A stretch of DNA of 64,000 nucleotides, taken from contig JAPOWQ010000006.1 of assembly GCA_026707585.1 (NCBI GenBank), positions 174,411 through 238,410 of the forward strand, given 5' to 3'. The translations under genes and the position numbers were made by a program. Under the pieces are notes generated by a model. The model was not told the origin of the DNA and searched no databases. It worked only from the letters and a program-made list of their open reading frames with translations. Of this stretch, positions 18,761-29,141 are shown piece after piece. Position 1 is the first letter of the stretch, and each line of letters begins with the position of its first letter. Source of the stretch: Chloroflexota bacterium (lineage in GTDB: Bacteria; Chloroflexota; UBA11872).

Positions 18761-19600
18761 ATGTTTGCTTTGTACCGGCGCGCCCCCTGGCAGGCGCAGT
18801 TGCTGACGATCTTCACGATCGTCGCCATCCTGATCGTCATCGGCTTCCTGGCCCTGCGCCAGTTCCAGGCCGGCGATCCGAACGTCTCCGTGGAACCAAC
18901 GTCGGTCGACGTGGGTGGTGCGGCCACGCTGATCCCGCAGGGCGAGCGCCCCTTTGGCCTGCACGTCATCGGCGAGGGCGAGGTGGTGGTTCCGCCGGAC
19001 CGCGCAATCGTGACACTGGGCGTCGAGGCCTCGGCGGATACAGCGGCCCAGGCGGCCGACGAGGCCAACTCGACGGCCGAGAAGCTGATCGAAGCCATTC
19101 GCGGCGTCAGCTCAAACGAGAGCGAAGTCCTGATCCAGACGACCGGCCTCAGCCTGTCGCCGGTCTTCCCGCCGGCCGCGCCCGAACAGCGCACCGTGTC
19201 GGCCGACCCTGTGGGCTATCGCTCGGCCAATACCGTTACCGTCACGATCGACAAGATTGAACTAACGTCCAAGGTGCTGGACGCGGCGCTGAGCGCGGGC
19301 GCCAACAGCGTGCGCTCGATCAGCTTCACCCTGCAGGACGACGGCCCGGCCAAGGCCGAGGCGCTGCGTCTGGCCACGCTGGACGCCGCCGCCAAGGCGC
19401 GCGCGGTGGCCGACGCCCTGCGCGGCAGCGTGCGCGGCGTGATCTCGCTGCACGAAGACAGCATCTACGTGCCCGTGGCGCGCAGCGAGTTCGCCATGGC
19501 GCGCCCGATGGCAGCCGCGCCCGCCGCGGCCGCGGTCCCGGTGGAAGCCGGCGAGCTGCGTATCCGCGCCACCGTGCGCGCCAACTTCGCCTACGAGTAG
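18761..19600 (+). CDS. SIMPL/DUF541 domain protein (BP26/OMP28-like), N-terminal TM anchor
   Basis: N-terminal hydrophobic helix. The overall pattern ('...GEGEVVVPPDRA...LGVEA...', 'VRANFAY' C-terminus) matches SIMPL-family proteins. Confidence 0.7.
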   Translation: MFALYRRAPWQAQLLTIFTIVAILIVIGFLALRQFQAGDPNVSVEPTSVDVGGAATLIPQGERPFGLHVIGEGEVVVPPDRAIVTLGVEASADTAAQAADEANSTAEKLIEAIRGVSSNESEVLIQTTGLSLSPVFPPAAPEQRTVSADPVGYRSANTVTVTIDKIELTSKVLDAALSAGANSVRSISFTLQDDGPAKAEALRLATLDAAAKARAVADALRGSVRGVISLHEDSIYVPVARSEFAMARPMAAAPAAAAVPVEAGELRIRATVRANFAYE

Positions 19601-19635
19601 ACGACGCCCCCGGTAACTTCGACCGACCGCGTCCG

Positions 19636-20667
19636 TTAGCCCAAATCGGCGGGACGCACCGGAACTCCCGTGCGCGCGGACTCCTCAATGGCCAACGTGA
19701 CCCGCAGGGTCTGTACGGCGTCAGCGTAGGTCGAGCGGACGTTCGACGCGTCGCCTGACTGCACCGCCCGGACAAACGCCTCGTCCAGCAGGTACTTGCA
19801 GTCGGTGCTGTTGGTGAGTTCCCGGACCTCGCCGGGCTGCGCGATGCGTCCCCCTTCGTGCCATACCCACATCGACAGGTCGCGCGCCACGATCGTGACG
19901 CCGTGGTCCCAGGACTCACCCGGAACGCCATTGAGGCCGCAGGTGTTGAGCAGCGTGCCGACGGCGCCGTTCTCGAACTGAAAGGTAGCCGCGGACACGT
20001 CGTTGATGTTCAGGCTCGGCGCGTCGGTCATCAGCCGGGTCGCAGCCGCGGCGTGGACGCTCTCGATTTCGCCGACGAGGTAACGTTGCAAGTCGACAAC
20101 GTGCGTTGCCTGCTCCACAACCTGGCCGCCGGATTGCTCCTGAATGCGCCACCAGAGTGTGCGGGGCATGCCGCCCAGGTAGGTCCCGATGGCCATGCCC
20201 ACCGTTCGGTCTGCCAGCAGCTCTCGCGCCGTGTCGGCCGCCTCGCTGTAGCGCGTCTGGTAACCCACCGCGGTGATCAGGCCGCGCTCGGCGATGGCCC
20301 GCTCGATCCCGCGCACGGTTGGCATGTCCAGCCCCACCGGCTTCTGGACCAGCATGGGCACCCCGGCCTCGATGCACTGGTACTCCACCTCGCCATGCGC
20401 GAACGGCGGCAGCGTGATGAATACGCAGTCGGGCGCGGCTGCAGCCAGCATCCGACCTGCGTCGTCGAAGGTCTCGATTGCCGGCGGCTCGACCGGCGGT
20501 GACATCCTGGCCGTGGCTAGCCGCAGCGTGTCCGGGATACGCGCCAAATCGATGTCAGCCAGAGCGACCACGTCGGCTTCCGGCATGCACAGCAGATTGG
20601 CCAGGTGCATGGAGGCGATGCCACCCACGCCAATGAACGCGACTCGCACGGGGGTTTGCTTAGGCAT
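19636..20667 (-). CDS. Gfo/Idh/MocA family oxidoreductase
   Basis: 'VRVAFIGVGGIASMH' Rossmann N-terminus and a C-terminal GFO_IDH_MocA domain. Confidence 0.8.
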   Translation of the reverse strand: MPKQTPVRVAFIGVGGIASMHLANLLCMPEADVVALADIDLARIPDTLRLATARMSPPVEPPAIETFDDAGRMLAAAAPDCVFITLPPFAHGEVEYQCIEAGVPMLVQKPVGLDMPTVRGIERAIAERGLITAVGYQTRYSEAADTARELLADRTVGMAIGTYLGGMPRTLWWRIQEQSGGQVVEQATHVVDLQRYLVGEIESVHAAAATRLMTDAPSLNINDVSAATFQFENGAVGTLLNTCGLNGVPGESWDHGVTIVARDLSMWVWHEGGRIAQPGEVRELTNSTDCKYLLDEAFVRAVQSGDASNVRSTYADAVQTLRVTLAIEESARTGVPVRPADLG

Positions 20668-20916
20668 ACGTATTCAAGACCGGCAGCGGGTCGCCGAAGC
20701 CTAGGGGCCACCCCGCGGGAGCGTCAACGCGGGTCTACACTGCCCGGCTGTGATGCGGTGCAGGTTGACGCAACTGGAGCGCGCCGGGGCTCGCCCGGTC
20801 CGTGACGGCCTAAAGCCCGGGCGGGCCTGATGACCGCGGAGCGGCGCCGGCACCACGGCGCCCCACGCCCGCTTGGCGCTGGCGATCGCGTCGTGCGCGT
20901 GCCGAGACGCGTGTCC

Positions 20917-22278
20917 ATGAACCTGCAGGTGGAAACGACCCTGGCGCGTCGCGGTCCCTTCCGGCCGGGTCTCATCCTCATCACCGCATTCGCCAGCCTG
21001 ATTTTCCTGGGCACGGTCCTGCTGGCGCTGCCGCTCTCGCTGGCCGATGGCCAGGAGCCGGACCTGCTGGTTGCCTTGTTCACGGCGACCTCCGCCGTGT
21101 GCGTCACCGGTCTGACCGTCGTCTCCACCCACGACCATTGGTCGCTGTTCGGCCAGATCGTGATCCTGGCGCTGATCCAGGCTGGTGCCCTGGGCTTTAT
21201 CGTCGGCGCTATCGTCATCTTCTCGCTGGCCGGCCGGCGCACCTCAACCCGCGAACGCCTGATGTTCGGCCAGCACATTGGTCGTGGCGAACCCGGCGGC
21301 CTGAAGGGGTTGTTCTGGCGCATCGCCATCTTCACGCTGTTCCTGCAGGGTGTCGGCGCGGTGCTGCTGTTTCTCCGGGTCCGTGACGACTCAGCGGTGG
21401 AGAATCCGCACTGGTGGTCGATCTTTCACGCCGTCTCGGCGTTCACCAACGCCGGGTTCGACGTCGAGCCGGGTTCCGCCAGCTTCGCGCGGCTGGTCGA
21501 TGATCCGACGACATTGGGCATCCTGGCGGCATTGGCGATGATCGGCGCGATCGGGTTCATGGTCATATTCGACGTGATCCGCCGGCGGCTCTGGCGGCGC
21601 CTGGGGCTGGAATCTCGAATTGTCCTGACGGCCATGCCGGCGCTCCTGGTTGTGGGGTTCGTCCTGCTGATGGTGCTCTCGCCCGACTTTGGCGGTGCGG
21701 TGCCGGAGGACGACTTCGGACTGCGATCGAACGCCGCGTTGAATCACGCCGTCTGGCGCACCACCGGCTTTTCGACCATCGACATGGGTCGCCTGCACAC
21801 CGACACGCTGATCGTTCTGATCGTCCTGATGTTCATCGGGGGCGCCTCGGCGGCGGTCACCGGCGGAATCACCGTCAATACCTTCAGCGTGCTCTTCATT
21901 GCGATGGTGTCGCACATACGCGGTCGCCGTTATCCCGAGGCGTTTGGCCGACGCATCGCCCAGCACTCCGTCATGCGTGCGCTGGCCGTCGTGGGTCTGT
22001 CCGGTGTCGCGGTGCTCCTGGCCACGGTGCTCATGTCCATCGCGGAGCGCGGCTCCGAAACGGTGCTGTCGAACCTGTTGTTCGAGGCCGTGAGCGCCTT
22101 CGCCGTCGTTGGCTATTCGACGGGCATCACGGCCGATCTGACGGTGGCTTCTAAACTCGTGCTCATTGGAACCATGTTCGTGGGCCGTCTCGGGGCTTTG
22201 ACCCTTGCCCAGGCGCTCGTCACGCGCGAGCATCAGCCGGCGGTCCGCTACCCGGAGGAGGCCATCAAGGTCGGTTAA
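20917..22278 (+). CDS. trkH: TrkH/KtrB-family K+ transporter membrane subunit
   Basis: Repeated M-P-M pore units with 'TGF'/'GLS'-type selectivity signatures ('ALSAVCVTGLTVV', 'TTGFSTID', 'VVGYSTGIT'). Followed by trkA. Confidence 0.85.
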   Translation: MNLQVETTLARRGPFRPGLILITAFASLIFLGTVLLALPLSLADGQEPDLLVALFTATSAVCVTGLTVVSTHDHWSLFGQIVILALIQAGALGFIVGAIVIFSLAGRRTSTRERLMFGQHIGRGEPGGLKGLFWRIAIFTLFLQGVGAVLLFLRVRDDSAVENPHWWSIFHAVSAFTNAGFDVEPGSASFARLVDDPTTLGILAALAMIGAIGFMVIFDVIRRRLWRRLGLESRIVLTAMPALLVVGFVLLMVLSPDFGGAVPEDDFGLRSNAALNHAVWRTTGFSTIDMGRLHTDTLIVLIVLMFIGGASAAVTGGITVNTFSVLFIAMVSHIRGRRYPEAFGRRIAQHSVMRALAVVGLSGVAVLLATVLMSIAERGSETVLSNLLFEAVSAFAVVGYSTGITADLTVASKLVLIGTMFVGRLGALTLAQALVTREHQPAVRYPEEAIKVG

Positions 22279-22293
22279 CCGCCGACCCGACCC

Positions 22294-22938
22294 ATGCAGA
22301 TCCTGGTGACCGGTCTCGGCCGGTTCGGAAGCAGCTTGGCCCGCACGCTAGCGGAATCCGGACATGAAGTCATCGTGCTCGACACGTCGGAGCAGGCCGT
22401 CCAGATGGCCACCGACGTGGTCGACCAGGCTGTCGTGGGCGACGCCACCAACGAGGCCGTGCTGCGCGAGGTTGGGGCGAACGACGTGGACCTGGCCGTG
22501 GTGGCCATGGCCGAAGTGGAGGCCAGCGTGCTGATCACCACGCACCTGAAGAACCTGCGGGTGCCGCGCGTGTTCGCCAAGGCTTCCAGCGAGGTGCACC
22601 GCCTGATCCTGGAGCGCGTGGGGGCGGACCGCGTAGTGTTTCCCGAGCGCGACATGGCGTTGCGGCTGGCCCAGAGCGTGTCCACGCCCGGCATGCTCGA
22701 TTACCTGGAACTGCTGCCGCACCTCGGCATCACCGAGATCGACGGCACCCCCTTTGCCGGGCAGTCGCTGGCCAATTTGAACCTGGCCGCCCGGTACGGC
22801 GTCAACGTGCTGGTGATCAAGCGCGGCAATGAGTTGATCGTCACTCCCGGGCTCTCCGAGCGCGTGATGGAGGGCGACATGCTGATTGTGGTCGGTCGCG
22901 ACAGCCGCATCGCCGAACTGCAGACCGCCGCCGGCTGA
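22294..22938 (+). CDS. trkA: K+ uptake regulatory subunit TrkA/KtrA (RCK_N NAD-binding + RCK_C)
   Basis: 'MQILVTGLGRFGSSLARTL' GxGxxG Rossmann motif and a C-terminal TrkA_C. Starts 16 nt after trkH. Confidence 0.85.
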   Translation: MQILVTGLGRFGSSLARTLAESGHEVIVLDTSEQAVQMATDVVDQAVVGDATNEAVLREVGANDVDLAVVAMAEVEASVLITTHLKNLRVPRVFAKASSEVHRLILERVGADRVVFPERDMALRLAQSVSTPGMLDYLELLPHLGITEIDGTPFAGQSLANLNLAARYGVNVLVIKRGNELIVTPGLSERVMEGDMLIVVGRDSRIAELQTAAG

Positions 22939-23186
22939 GCCGCCGCTTCCAGGCACGTGTACGGCCTGTGGATGCGCTGTGGACTCGTTGTGTAACTCGT
23001 GAAGCGGGGCACCGGTTCACGTCGTCAAACCGAGAGCTCGCCCGGAATCTATTCGAGCGCCCGCTGCTCGGGGGACGCGAAATCGCGCGGCTATCGCGAA
23101 CCGAACGTCTAGCGAACGAGTTGTCCAGATGTTTGATAAGGGGGAAATTGACACGCAAGATAGGGGATGTCACCATGCTCCCCCAC

Positions 23187-23205
23187 CTACATGTAGTATG
23201 TAGGC
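23187..23205. promoter_or_regulatory. AT-rich 19-bp palindrome CCTACAT-gtagt-ATGTAGG (overlapping the perfect palindrome CTACATGTAG) in the nrdJ leader; candidate NrdR-type operator
   Basis: Inverted repeat seen directly in the sequence, in an AT-rich patch of a 70% GC genome just upstream of an RNR gene. A TTGACA hexamer lies at ~23148. Confidence 0.3.
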
Positions 23206-23290
23206 CCATTGGTCGCCCTCGCCGCTGATCTTCCAGTCAATGCCTTCGGCGGCGGTGGGCTGGGGCGATGCGGAATGGGGGAGTTGCGGT

Positions 23291-23630
23291 GATCAGACTG
23301 CTCGGCGAACTGCACCGCACGCGCGACGGTCGGCAGTTCGCCATAGATTTCGCGCAGGTCATTCCGTCGACCGGGGCCTATGACCTCGTCCTCTTCGGCC
23401 TGCGGCACGCGGAAACGGAGTTCTCAATGGGCGTGGCCTTCCCGCACGACTCCGCCAGCACCTGGGGCGCGCACGACGCGCTGGTGCGCGAGGGTCTGGG
23501 GCAAATCCGCACCGAACTCGAGCGTGGTAATACTGAGGACGGGTCTCTGGTCGAGATTCCTTCCGCCACGTGGGGAGGGTGGCGACCGAGCTACAGGTTC
23601 TCGGTCCCAACAAAGACGCGTTATGCATAA
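23291..23630 (+). CDS. Small hypothetical protein, stop overlaps nrdJ start (ATGCATAA); possibly co-translated leader ORF
   Basis: GGGGGAG RBS-like sequence 7 nt before GTG at ~23291. The frame stays open to TAA at 23628-23630, 8 nt into nrdJ. No recognisable domain; it could be non-coding leader. Confidence 0.3.
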
Positions 23631-26229
23631 GAGCGGCAGAACGTATCCGGACCTGTCCGATAACGCGCTGGCCGTGCTGCGCAAGCGCTACTTCCTGAAG
23701 GATCGCGTCGACCACCCCATCGAAGACACGGACGAGTTCTTTGACCGCGTGGTTCGCGGCGTCGTTGACGTCGAACGCGAACGCGGCTGGGTGGACGCCG
23801 ACGGCCACGCCGAGATCGTCGACTCGATGTACGACCTGCTGCGCGGTCTGCGCTTCGTGCCCAATAGCCCCTGCCTGATGAACGCGGGCAAGCCCCAGGG
23901 CTACGCGCAGATGGCGGCCTGCTTCGTGCTGCCCATCGACGATGACCTGCTCAGCATCAAGACCACCGACATGCACGCGGCCATCATTCACCAGAGCGGC
24001 GGCGGCACCGGGTTCAACTTCTCGCGCATCCGGCCGCGCGGCGACTTCGTGCGCAGCTCGGGCGGCGTGGCCAGCGGCCCGATCAGCTTCATGTCGATGA
24101 TCGACTACTCCTGTGGCGAGATTAAGCAGGGCGGCACCCGTCGCGGCGCCAACATGGGCATCCTTAACGTCGACCACCCGGACATCCTCGACTTCATCGA
24201 GTGCAAGACCGAGGACGGCCGCATCGCCAACTTCAACATCTCCGTCGGCATCACGGACGCCTTTATGCAGGCCGTGCGCGACGACACCGATTACGACCTG
24301 GTCAACCCGCGCACCGGTGAAGTGACGAAGCGGATGCGAGCTCGGGATGTCTGGGACCGTCTGGTCGACGGCGCCTGGCTGAACGGCGAACCGGGCATGA
24401 TCTTCCTGGACCGCCTGGAGCGCACCAACCCGACGCCGGACGTGGCGCTACAGGACACGACCAATCCCTGCGGCGAGCAGCCGCTGCTGCCCTATGAGGC
24501 CTGCGTGCTCGGCAGCCTGAATCTGAACTGGCACCTGACCGAAGACCGCACGCGGATCGACTGGAAGGCGCTGCGGCGGGACGTGCACCTGTCCGTCCGC
24601 TTCCTGGACGACATGGTCGAGGCCTCCAACTTCCCGCTCAAGGAAATCGACGACATCGTCAAGCACGGCAACCGCCGGGTTGGGCTGGGCGTGATGGGCT
24701 GGGCCGACGTGCTGTTCCACCTGAGCCTGCCCTACGACAGCCCGGAAGCCGAAGCGCTGGCCAGCGACGTGATGCAGTTCATCAACGACGAAGGCCGGCG
24801 CGCCTCCGAGGAACTGGCCGCCTCACGCGGCGCGTTCCCCAACTTCACCAACTCGGCCTGGGACCGCAAGGGCCATGCGGAGCGGCGCAACGCCACGGTC
24901 ACCACCATCGCGCCGACTGGCACGATCAGCATGATCGCCGACGCCTCCAGCGGCATCGAACCGCTGTTCGCGCTGATCTTCTGGAAGAACGTGATGCGCG
25001 ACAGCGACGACAACGCCGCCACCACGCTGCGCTACGTGAACCCGATCTTCGAAACCTACGCGCGCCGCCGCGGCTTCTTCAGCGAAGCGCTGGTGGACGC
25101 CATCGAGGCCAACCACGGCAGCCTGCGGATCACCGACGAGACGCCAGATGACGCCCGCCAGGTGTTGGACGGCGTGCCGGAGTCGGCGCGTTGCATCTTC
25201 GTGACGGCTCATGACGTGTCGCCCGAGTGGCACATCCGCATCCAGAGCGCCTTCCAGGCGCACACCGAGAACGCGGTGTCCAAGACCATTAACTTCCCGC
25301 ACGAGGCCACCCGCAAGGACGTGGAGCGCGGCTACTGGCGGGCCTACGAACTCGGCTGCAAGGGCGTCACGGTTTACCGCGACGGCAGCCGTGACTTCCA
25401 GGTGCTGACCACCAGCGACTCCGGCGACAATACGCGGCGCGACGAGTCCGATGAGCCGCAGGCCGCCGAGGCTCCGGCCCCGGTTGACGAGGCTCCCGCG
25501 CCCGCGGCGGCCGCCTCCGTCAGCGGCCACAGCAGCGGCCATACGCCCGAGCTCACGCCGACGCCGGCGCCCAACGGCGCCTCGAACGGACACGCCGACC
25601 AGACGCCGCTGCCGATCGTGGCGGCGGTCGAACGCGAGCGGCCAGACCAGATTCACGGCACCACCACCCGCATCCGCACGGGCTGCGGTCCGCTCTTCGT
25701 CACGATCAACGACGACGAGCGCGGGCTGCCGTTCGAGACCTTCGCGACGCTCGGCAAGGCTGGCGGCTGCGCGGCCGCGCAGACCGAGGCCATCGGCCGG
25801 CTGGCGTCGCTGGCGCTGCGTTCAGGCGTACCGGTGGAAGAGGTGCACAAGACGTTGCGCGGTATCACCTGCCATCGGCCCGCAGGGTTCGGCTCCGACC
25901 GAGTGCTCTCCTGCGGCGACGGGATCGCGCAGGCCATGGCCAAGCGGATCGACGTCGAGAACGGCGACTTTGTCCCCATGGTGGACCTGCAGGGCGAGGG
26001 AACGTATACGCCCCCCGCCGAGCAGCCCGCTGCTACGACCGCATCCGCGACCCGGCAGTCCGCGCCGACCTTCGGCAGCGGGTCGGCGCCGGCGGCCGAG
26101 ACCTATGTCGAAGGCGCCGCGCGCGACCAGGGCTTCGTGGGCGCCTGCCCCTCCTGCGGCGGCAGCCAGCTTCACTACGCCGAAGGCTGCATGAAGTGCG
26201 TGTCCTGCGGCTACAGCGACTGCGGGTAG
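23623..26229 (+). CDS. nrdJ: Ribonucleoside-diphosphate/triphosphate reductase, class II (adenosylcobalamin-dependent), NrdJ
   Basis: Start '[27 protein letters not shown]'. Active-site region 'NPCGEQPL...' and the C-terminal Cys cluster '[22 protein letters not shown]' are typical of NrdJ. Confidence 0.9.
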   Translation: MHKSGRTYPDLSDNALAVLRKRYFLKDRVDHPIEDTDEFFDRVVRGVVDVERERGWVDADGHAEIVDSMYDLLRGLRFVPNSPCLMNAGKPQGYAQMAACFVLPIDDDLLSIKTTDMHAAIIHQSGGGTGFNFSRIRPRGDFVRSSGGVASGPISFMSMIDYSCGEIKQGGTRRGANMGILNVDHPDILDFIECKTEDGRIANFNISVGITDAFMQAVRDDTDYDLVNPRTGEVTKRMRARDVWDRLVDGAWLNGEPGMIFLDRLERTNPTPDVALQDTTNPCGEQPLLPYEACVLGSLNLNWHLTEDRTRIDWKALRRDVHLSVRFLDDMVEASNFPLKEIDDIVKHGNRRVGLGVMGWADVLFHLSLPYDSPEAEALASDVMQFINDEGRRASEELAASRGAFPNFTNSAWDRKGHAERRNATVTTIAPTGTISMIADASSGIEPLFALIFWKNVMRDSDDNAATTLRYVNPIFETYARRRGFFSEALVDAIEANHGSLRITDETPDDARQVLDGVPESARCIFVTAHDVSPEWHIRIQSAFQAHTENAVSKTINFPHEATRKDVERGYWRAYELGCKGVTVYRDGSRDFQVLTTSDSGDNTRRDESDEPQAAEAPAPVDEAPAPAAAASVSGHSSGHTPELTPTPAPNGASNGHADQTPLPIVAAVERERPDQIHGTTTRIRTGCGPLFVTINDDERGLPFETFATLGKAGGCAAAQTEAIGRLASLALRSGVPVEEVHKTLRGITCHRPAGFGSDRVLSCGDGIAQAMAKRIDVENGDFVPMVDLQGEGTYTPPAEQPAATTASATRQSAPTFGSGSAPAAETYVEGAARDQGFVGACPSCGGSQLHYAEGCMKCVSCGYSDCG

Positions 26230-26276
26230 CCGCGAACTAGACCACGGGGCGAAGCTCAGTAGGGCGCGCAGGCATC

Positions 26277-26298
26277 GTCGCGCGTCGCGGTGCGCGAC
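26277..26298. terminator. Stem-loop GTCGCGC-(8 nt)-GCGCGAC between the convergent nrdJ and hydrolase genes (candidate bidirectional terminator)
   Basis: 7-bp GC stem seen in the sequence between two convergent stops. No clear U-tract. Confidence 0.25.
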
Positions 26299-26301
26299 CG
26301 T

Positions 26302-27113
26302 CTAGAGCCCCTGTGCCAGCCAGGCGACGAAGTCGCGGCGGGGGGCGGGGTGCTTGAGGAGTTCGATGCCGTGGCCGGGGGTGTCGTAGACGGATACCTT
26401 GCGCGGCTCGGCGGTGCGGCTGTAGAGGGCTTGCGATTGCAGGGCCTCTTCCCGGTCGGACTGGAAGAGTACGCCGCGGGGCTGGAAGTTGGGGATGTCC
26501 TCGCCCATCAGCAGGCGGCCGGGTTCGAAGCGTCCGCTGACGGCCACCGCCCGCCGCACCTCGGGCAGCACCGCTGACGCGATCCAGGCCGTGTTGGCGC
26601 CTACGCTGGCGCCGCCGACGCCCAGGTGCCCAGAGTCAATGTCACCGCGAGCCGTGAGCCAGGCGACGGCGGCGGCCACGTCGTCCGGCCAGCCATCGAG
26701 GGTGTTGGCCCGGTCGGTCTCGAAGTCGTAGCCGCCGTCTTCGCGGACGCGTCGCAGGCTCTCGCCGTGGGCGCGCGCGTCGGGCGCCAGCACCGCCAGT
26801 CCGGCCGCCAGCAGGTCGGGCGTCAGGTCGTCCCACTGGGCGCGCGTGCCCTGGTATTGGTGCATCAGGACAACCGCCGGCCAGGGAGGCGTGGTGCCCG
26901 GGGGCGTGAAGGTGGCGACGACCTGGATGCCGTCGGCGGTGCGATAGGTCACATTGCCGCGATCAGCTCCCGCGAGCGGCAGCGGCGGCGGGGCCGGCGG
27001 ATCGGCGCAGCCCGGCAGCGCGGCGGCGCCAAGCGCCAGCCCGGACGCCAGCACCGCGCGCCGACTCAGGCGCGGACGCACGATGGGTTGGTGGCGGAGA
27101 TCATCACCCTGCA
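26302..27113 (-). CDS. Secreted alpha/beta hydrolase (dienelactone hydrolase-like) lipoprotein
   Basis: Start 'MQGDDLRHQPIVRPRLSRRAVLASGLALGAAALPGCADP' looks like a Tat/lipoprotein signal. 'GGASVGANTA' is a nucleophile elbow-like motif. The upstream 230 codons of the track ORF are antisense to the next gene and were not counted. Confidence 0.65.
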
Positions 27114-27204
27114 TCGTAAGCGCCACCGAAGCCCGAGACACACGGGCAACTCCAAGTGACGTACGGTGCACTTGGAAATCGGCCGCGCGGATAGCGAGGA
27201 CTGC

Positions 27205-28107
27205 ATGCGGCTGGCCTTGTCTGGGCTGCTCTTTGACCACACCTCGGCCGCCGAGTTCGCCGCCGCGGCGCGGGAGATCGGCTACAGCAACGTGGAGCTC
27301 CGCGGCACGCGGCACCAGCTGCCGCCCGATGCGGATGCCGCGCGCCTCGATCTCCTGAGGGAGCTCTTCGAGGGGCTGGAAATAGCCAACATTGCCTCCC
27401 ACGCCGGTAACTTCGCGCTGCTGAGCGAGGCAGAAGCGCTCGAAGCCCGACAGACCGCGCACCGCTTCATGAAATGGGCCGCCGTGCTGGGGGCTCGCAG
27501 CGTGCGGGTCTGGCCGGGCTGGGTGGCGGCCCCGGAAGCGGAGCCCGAGCACTGGGTGCGGGCGGCGCGTCACCTGCGCTGGTGCGCCGAGGCGGCGGCC
27601 GACCTGGGCGTGATGGTGGCCCTTGAAATGCACCACGGTTCGTTGACCGAGTCGGCGGCCGGCGCCAACCGGCTGCTGGACGAGATCGATCGGCTGGCCG
27701 TTGGGCTGATTCTCGATCCGGCCAACCTGATGCAGACGCCCACGCCGTTCGGGCCTCGATGCGTTGGGCCGGTGTGGGACCGGCTGCTGCACGTGCACGT
27801 CAAGGATCACTCAATCGTCGGCTCCAATGAGTTGGGGGCCTACCCGTTTCGCCTCTATCTCGATCACATCGGCAGCTGGATCGAGCGCATGGAACCGCCG
27901 CGCCGCCGACTGGGTCCCGGCTGGTTTGCCAAGCGGGCGCTGGGTGAAGGCCACGTGCCCTGGCCGTCGATGCTGGCCGAGTTGAAGCGTCGCGGCTATA
28001 CCGGCCACCTGATTGTTGAGACGGAAGTCGGACCCGGCGTGCCGACGGGGCGTACCCTGGCTGAACGGGAGTTCGAGACTATGAGCCGCTGGATCGAGGC
28101 GCTGTGA
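27205..28107 (+). CDS. Sugar phosphate isomerase/epimerase (xylose isomerase-like TIM barrel)
   Basis: 'MRLALSGLLF...' and 'VALEMHHGSLTES ... ILDPANL ... HVHVKD' are AP-endonuclease-2/xylose-isomerase-like TIM signatures. Confidence 0.7.
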   Translation: MRLALSGLLFDHTSAAEFAAAAREIGYSNVELRGTRHQLPPDADAARLDLLRELFEGLEIANIASHAGNFALLSEAEALEARQTAHRFMKWAAVLGARSVRVWPGWVAAPEAEPEHWVRAARHLRWCAEAAADLGVMVALEMHHGSLTESAAGANRLLDEIDRLAVGLILDPANLMQTPTPFGPRCVGPVWDRLLHVHVKDHSIVGSNELGAYPFRLYLDHIGSWIERMEPPRRRLGPGWFAKRALGEGHVPWPSMLAELKRRGYTGHLIVETEVGPGVPTGRTLAEREFETMSRWIEAL

Positions 28108-29048
28108 CGGACCTGGAGACGCGCCCCCTCGAAGCTCGGCACTTGCCCGCCGCGGCGGCGCTCTGCCGGCGCGAGATCGCCTACCTGCCGTTCTCGGAGG
28201 CCATCCTCCAGGACCGCATCCTCGACGATCCCGACTTCGACCCGGACCTCAATCCGACGGTCTGGCAGGGCGAGCGGCTGGTTGCCATGGCCTGCGGCGC
28301 GCCGCCGAGCGAGGAGTTGCAGACGGCCGGCGGGGTCAAGCTGTTTGCCGTCGCGAGTGACGTTCGCCGCCGGGGCATCGCGACCGGGCTGTTCGACCAC
28401 ATCGAGGACCGGCTGACCGGCCTGGGCGCCGGCGAATCCGTGGCGATCATCGCCGGCAATAACCGCTTCATGCAGGGCCTGGACCTGCGCTACACGGAGG
28501 CGCTGTGCTTCCTGGAGGCGCGGGGCTACGAACGCGCGGGCGACGGCATGGACATGGACGTGGATCTGCGCAACACGCCGCTGGACACCGCGGCGAAGGA
28601 AGCGGAACTGGCGTGCGACCACGGCCTGCGGGTGCGTCGGCTGACGATGGACGACTACCAGCAAGCCTGGGATTACGTGGCGCGCGAGTTCGAGTACCCC
28701 AGCGCCCTGGCAACGGAACCCGTCGGACGGCGCTGGGCCTACCTGACGACTTCTGGCTTGAAGCTCGACCCGCCGACGCTTTGGATGGCCGAGAAGGACG
28801 GTGACTTCTGTGGCTTCGCCGTCACTGACGTGGCCGCGCCCGAACGGCTGGGACCGATGGGGGTCTCGCCGGAGGTTCGGAAGTTGGGCGTGGGGACTGT
28901 CCTTCTGAAGCGTGCGTTGGCCGACCTGCGGGCGCGGGGCGTGGATGTCGGCGTAATCTACGGGGCCGGCCCGTACGCCTTCTACGCCCGCACCGTTAAC
29001 GCAACCATCAACGCCGTCTTCTGGCGCCTGCGCAAGCCGCTGCCGTAG
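28104..29048 (+). CDS. GNAT family N-acetyltransferase (tandem GNAT domains)
   Basis: Two acetyl-CoA-binding motif-A-like stretches ('RRRGIATGLFDHI', 'RKLGVGTVLLKRAL'). Confidence 0.65.
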   Translation: MTDLETRPLEARHLPAAAALCRREIAYLPFSEAILQDRILDDPDFDPDLNPTVWQGERLVAMACGAPPSEELQTAGGVKLFAVASDVRRRGIATGLFDHIEDRLTGLGAGESVAIIAGNNRFMQGLDLRYTEALCFLEARGYERAGDGMDMDVDLRNTPLDTAAKEAELACDHGLRVRRLTMDDYQQAWDYVAREFEYPSALATEPVGRRWAYLTTSGLKLDPPTLWMAEKDGDFCGFAVTDVAAPERLGPMGVSPEVRKLGVGTVLLKRALADLRARGVDVGVIYGAGPYAFYARTVNATINAVFWRLRKPLP

Positions 29049-29141
29049 ATCCGCTGCTCGCAATGTTTCACGTGGAGCATCGGGCCAGATTCAGCCGGTG
29101 CTAGGCTCCCTCGCGCGAGTCGCCGGTAGGGATTCCTCGAT

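Noticed and set aside
22968-23228. 86-aa plus-strand ORF in the nrdJ upstream region
   Set aside because: It overlaps the AT-rich regulatory palindromes and has poor codon bias. More likely non-coding leader or promoter DNA.
26302-27810. Long 502-aa version of the alpha/beta hydrolase ORF
   Set aside because: The N-terminal ~230 codons overlap the isomerase gene antisense and read as low-complexity sequence. A Tat/lipoprotein-like start (MQGDD...SRRAVLA...PGC) at 27113 gives a sensible 270-aa protein.
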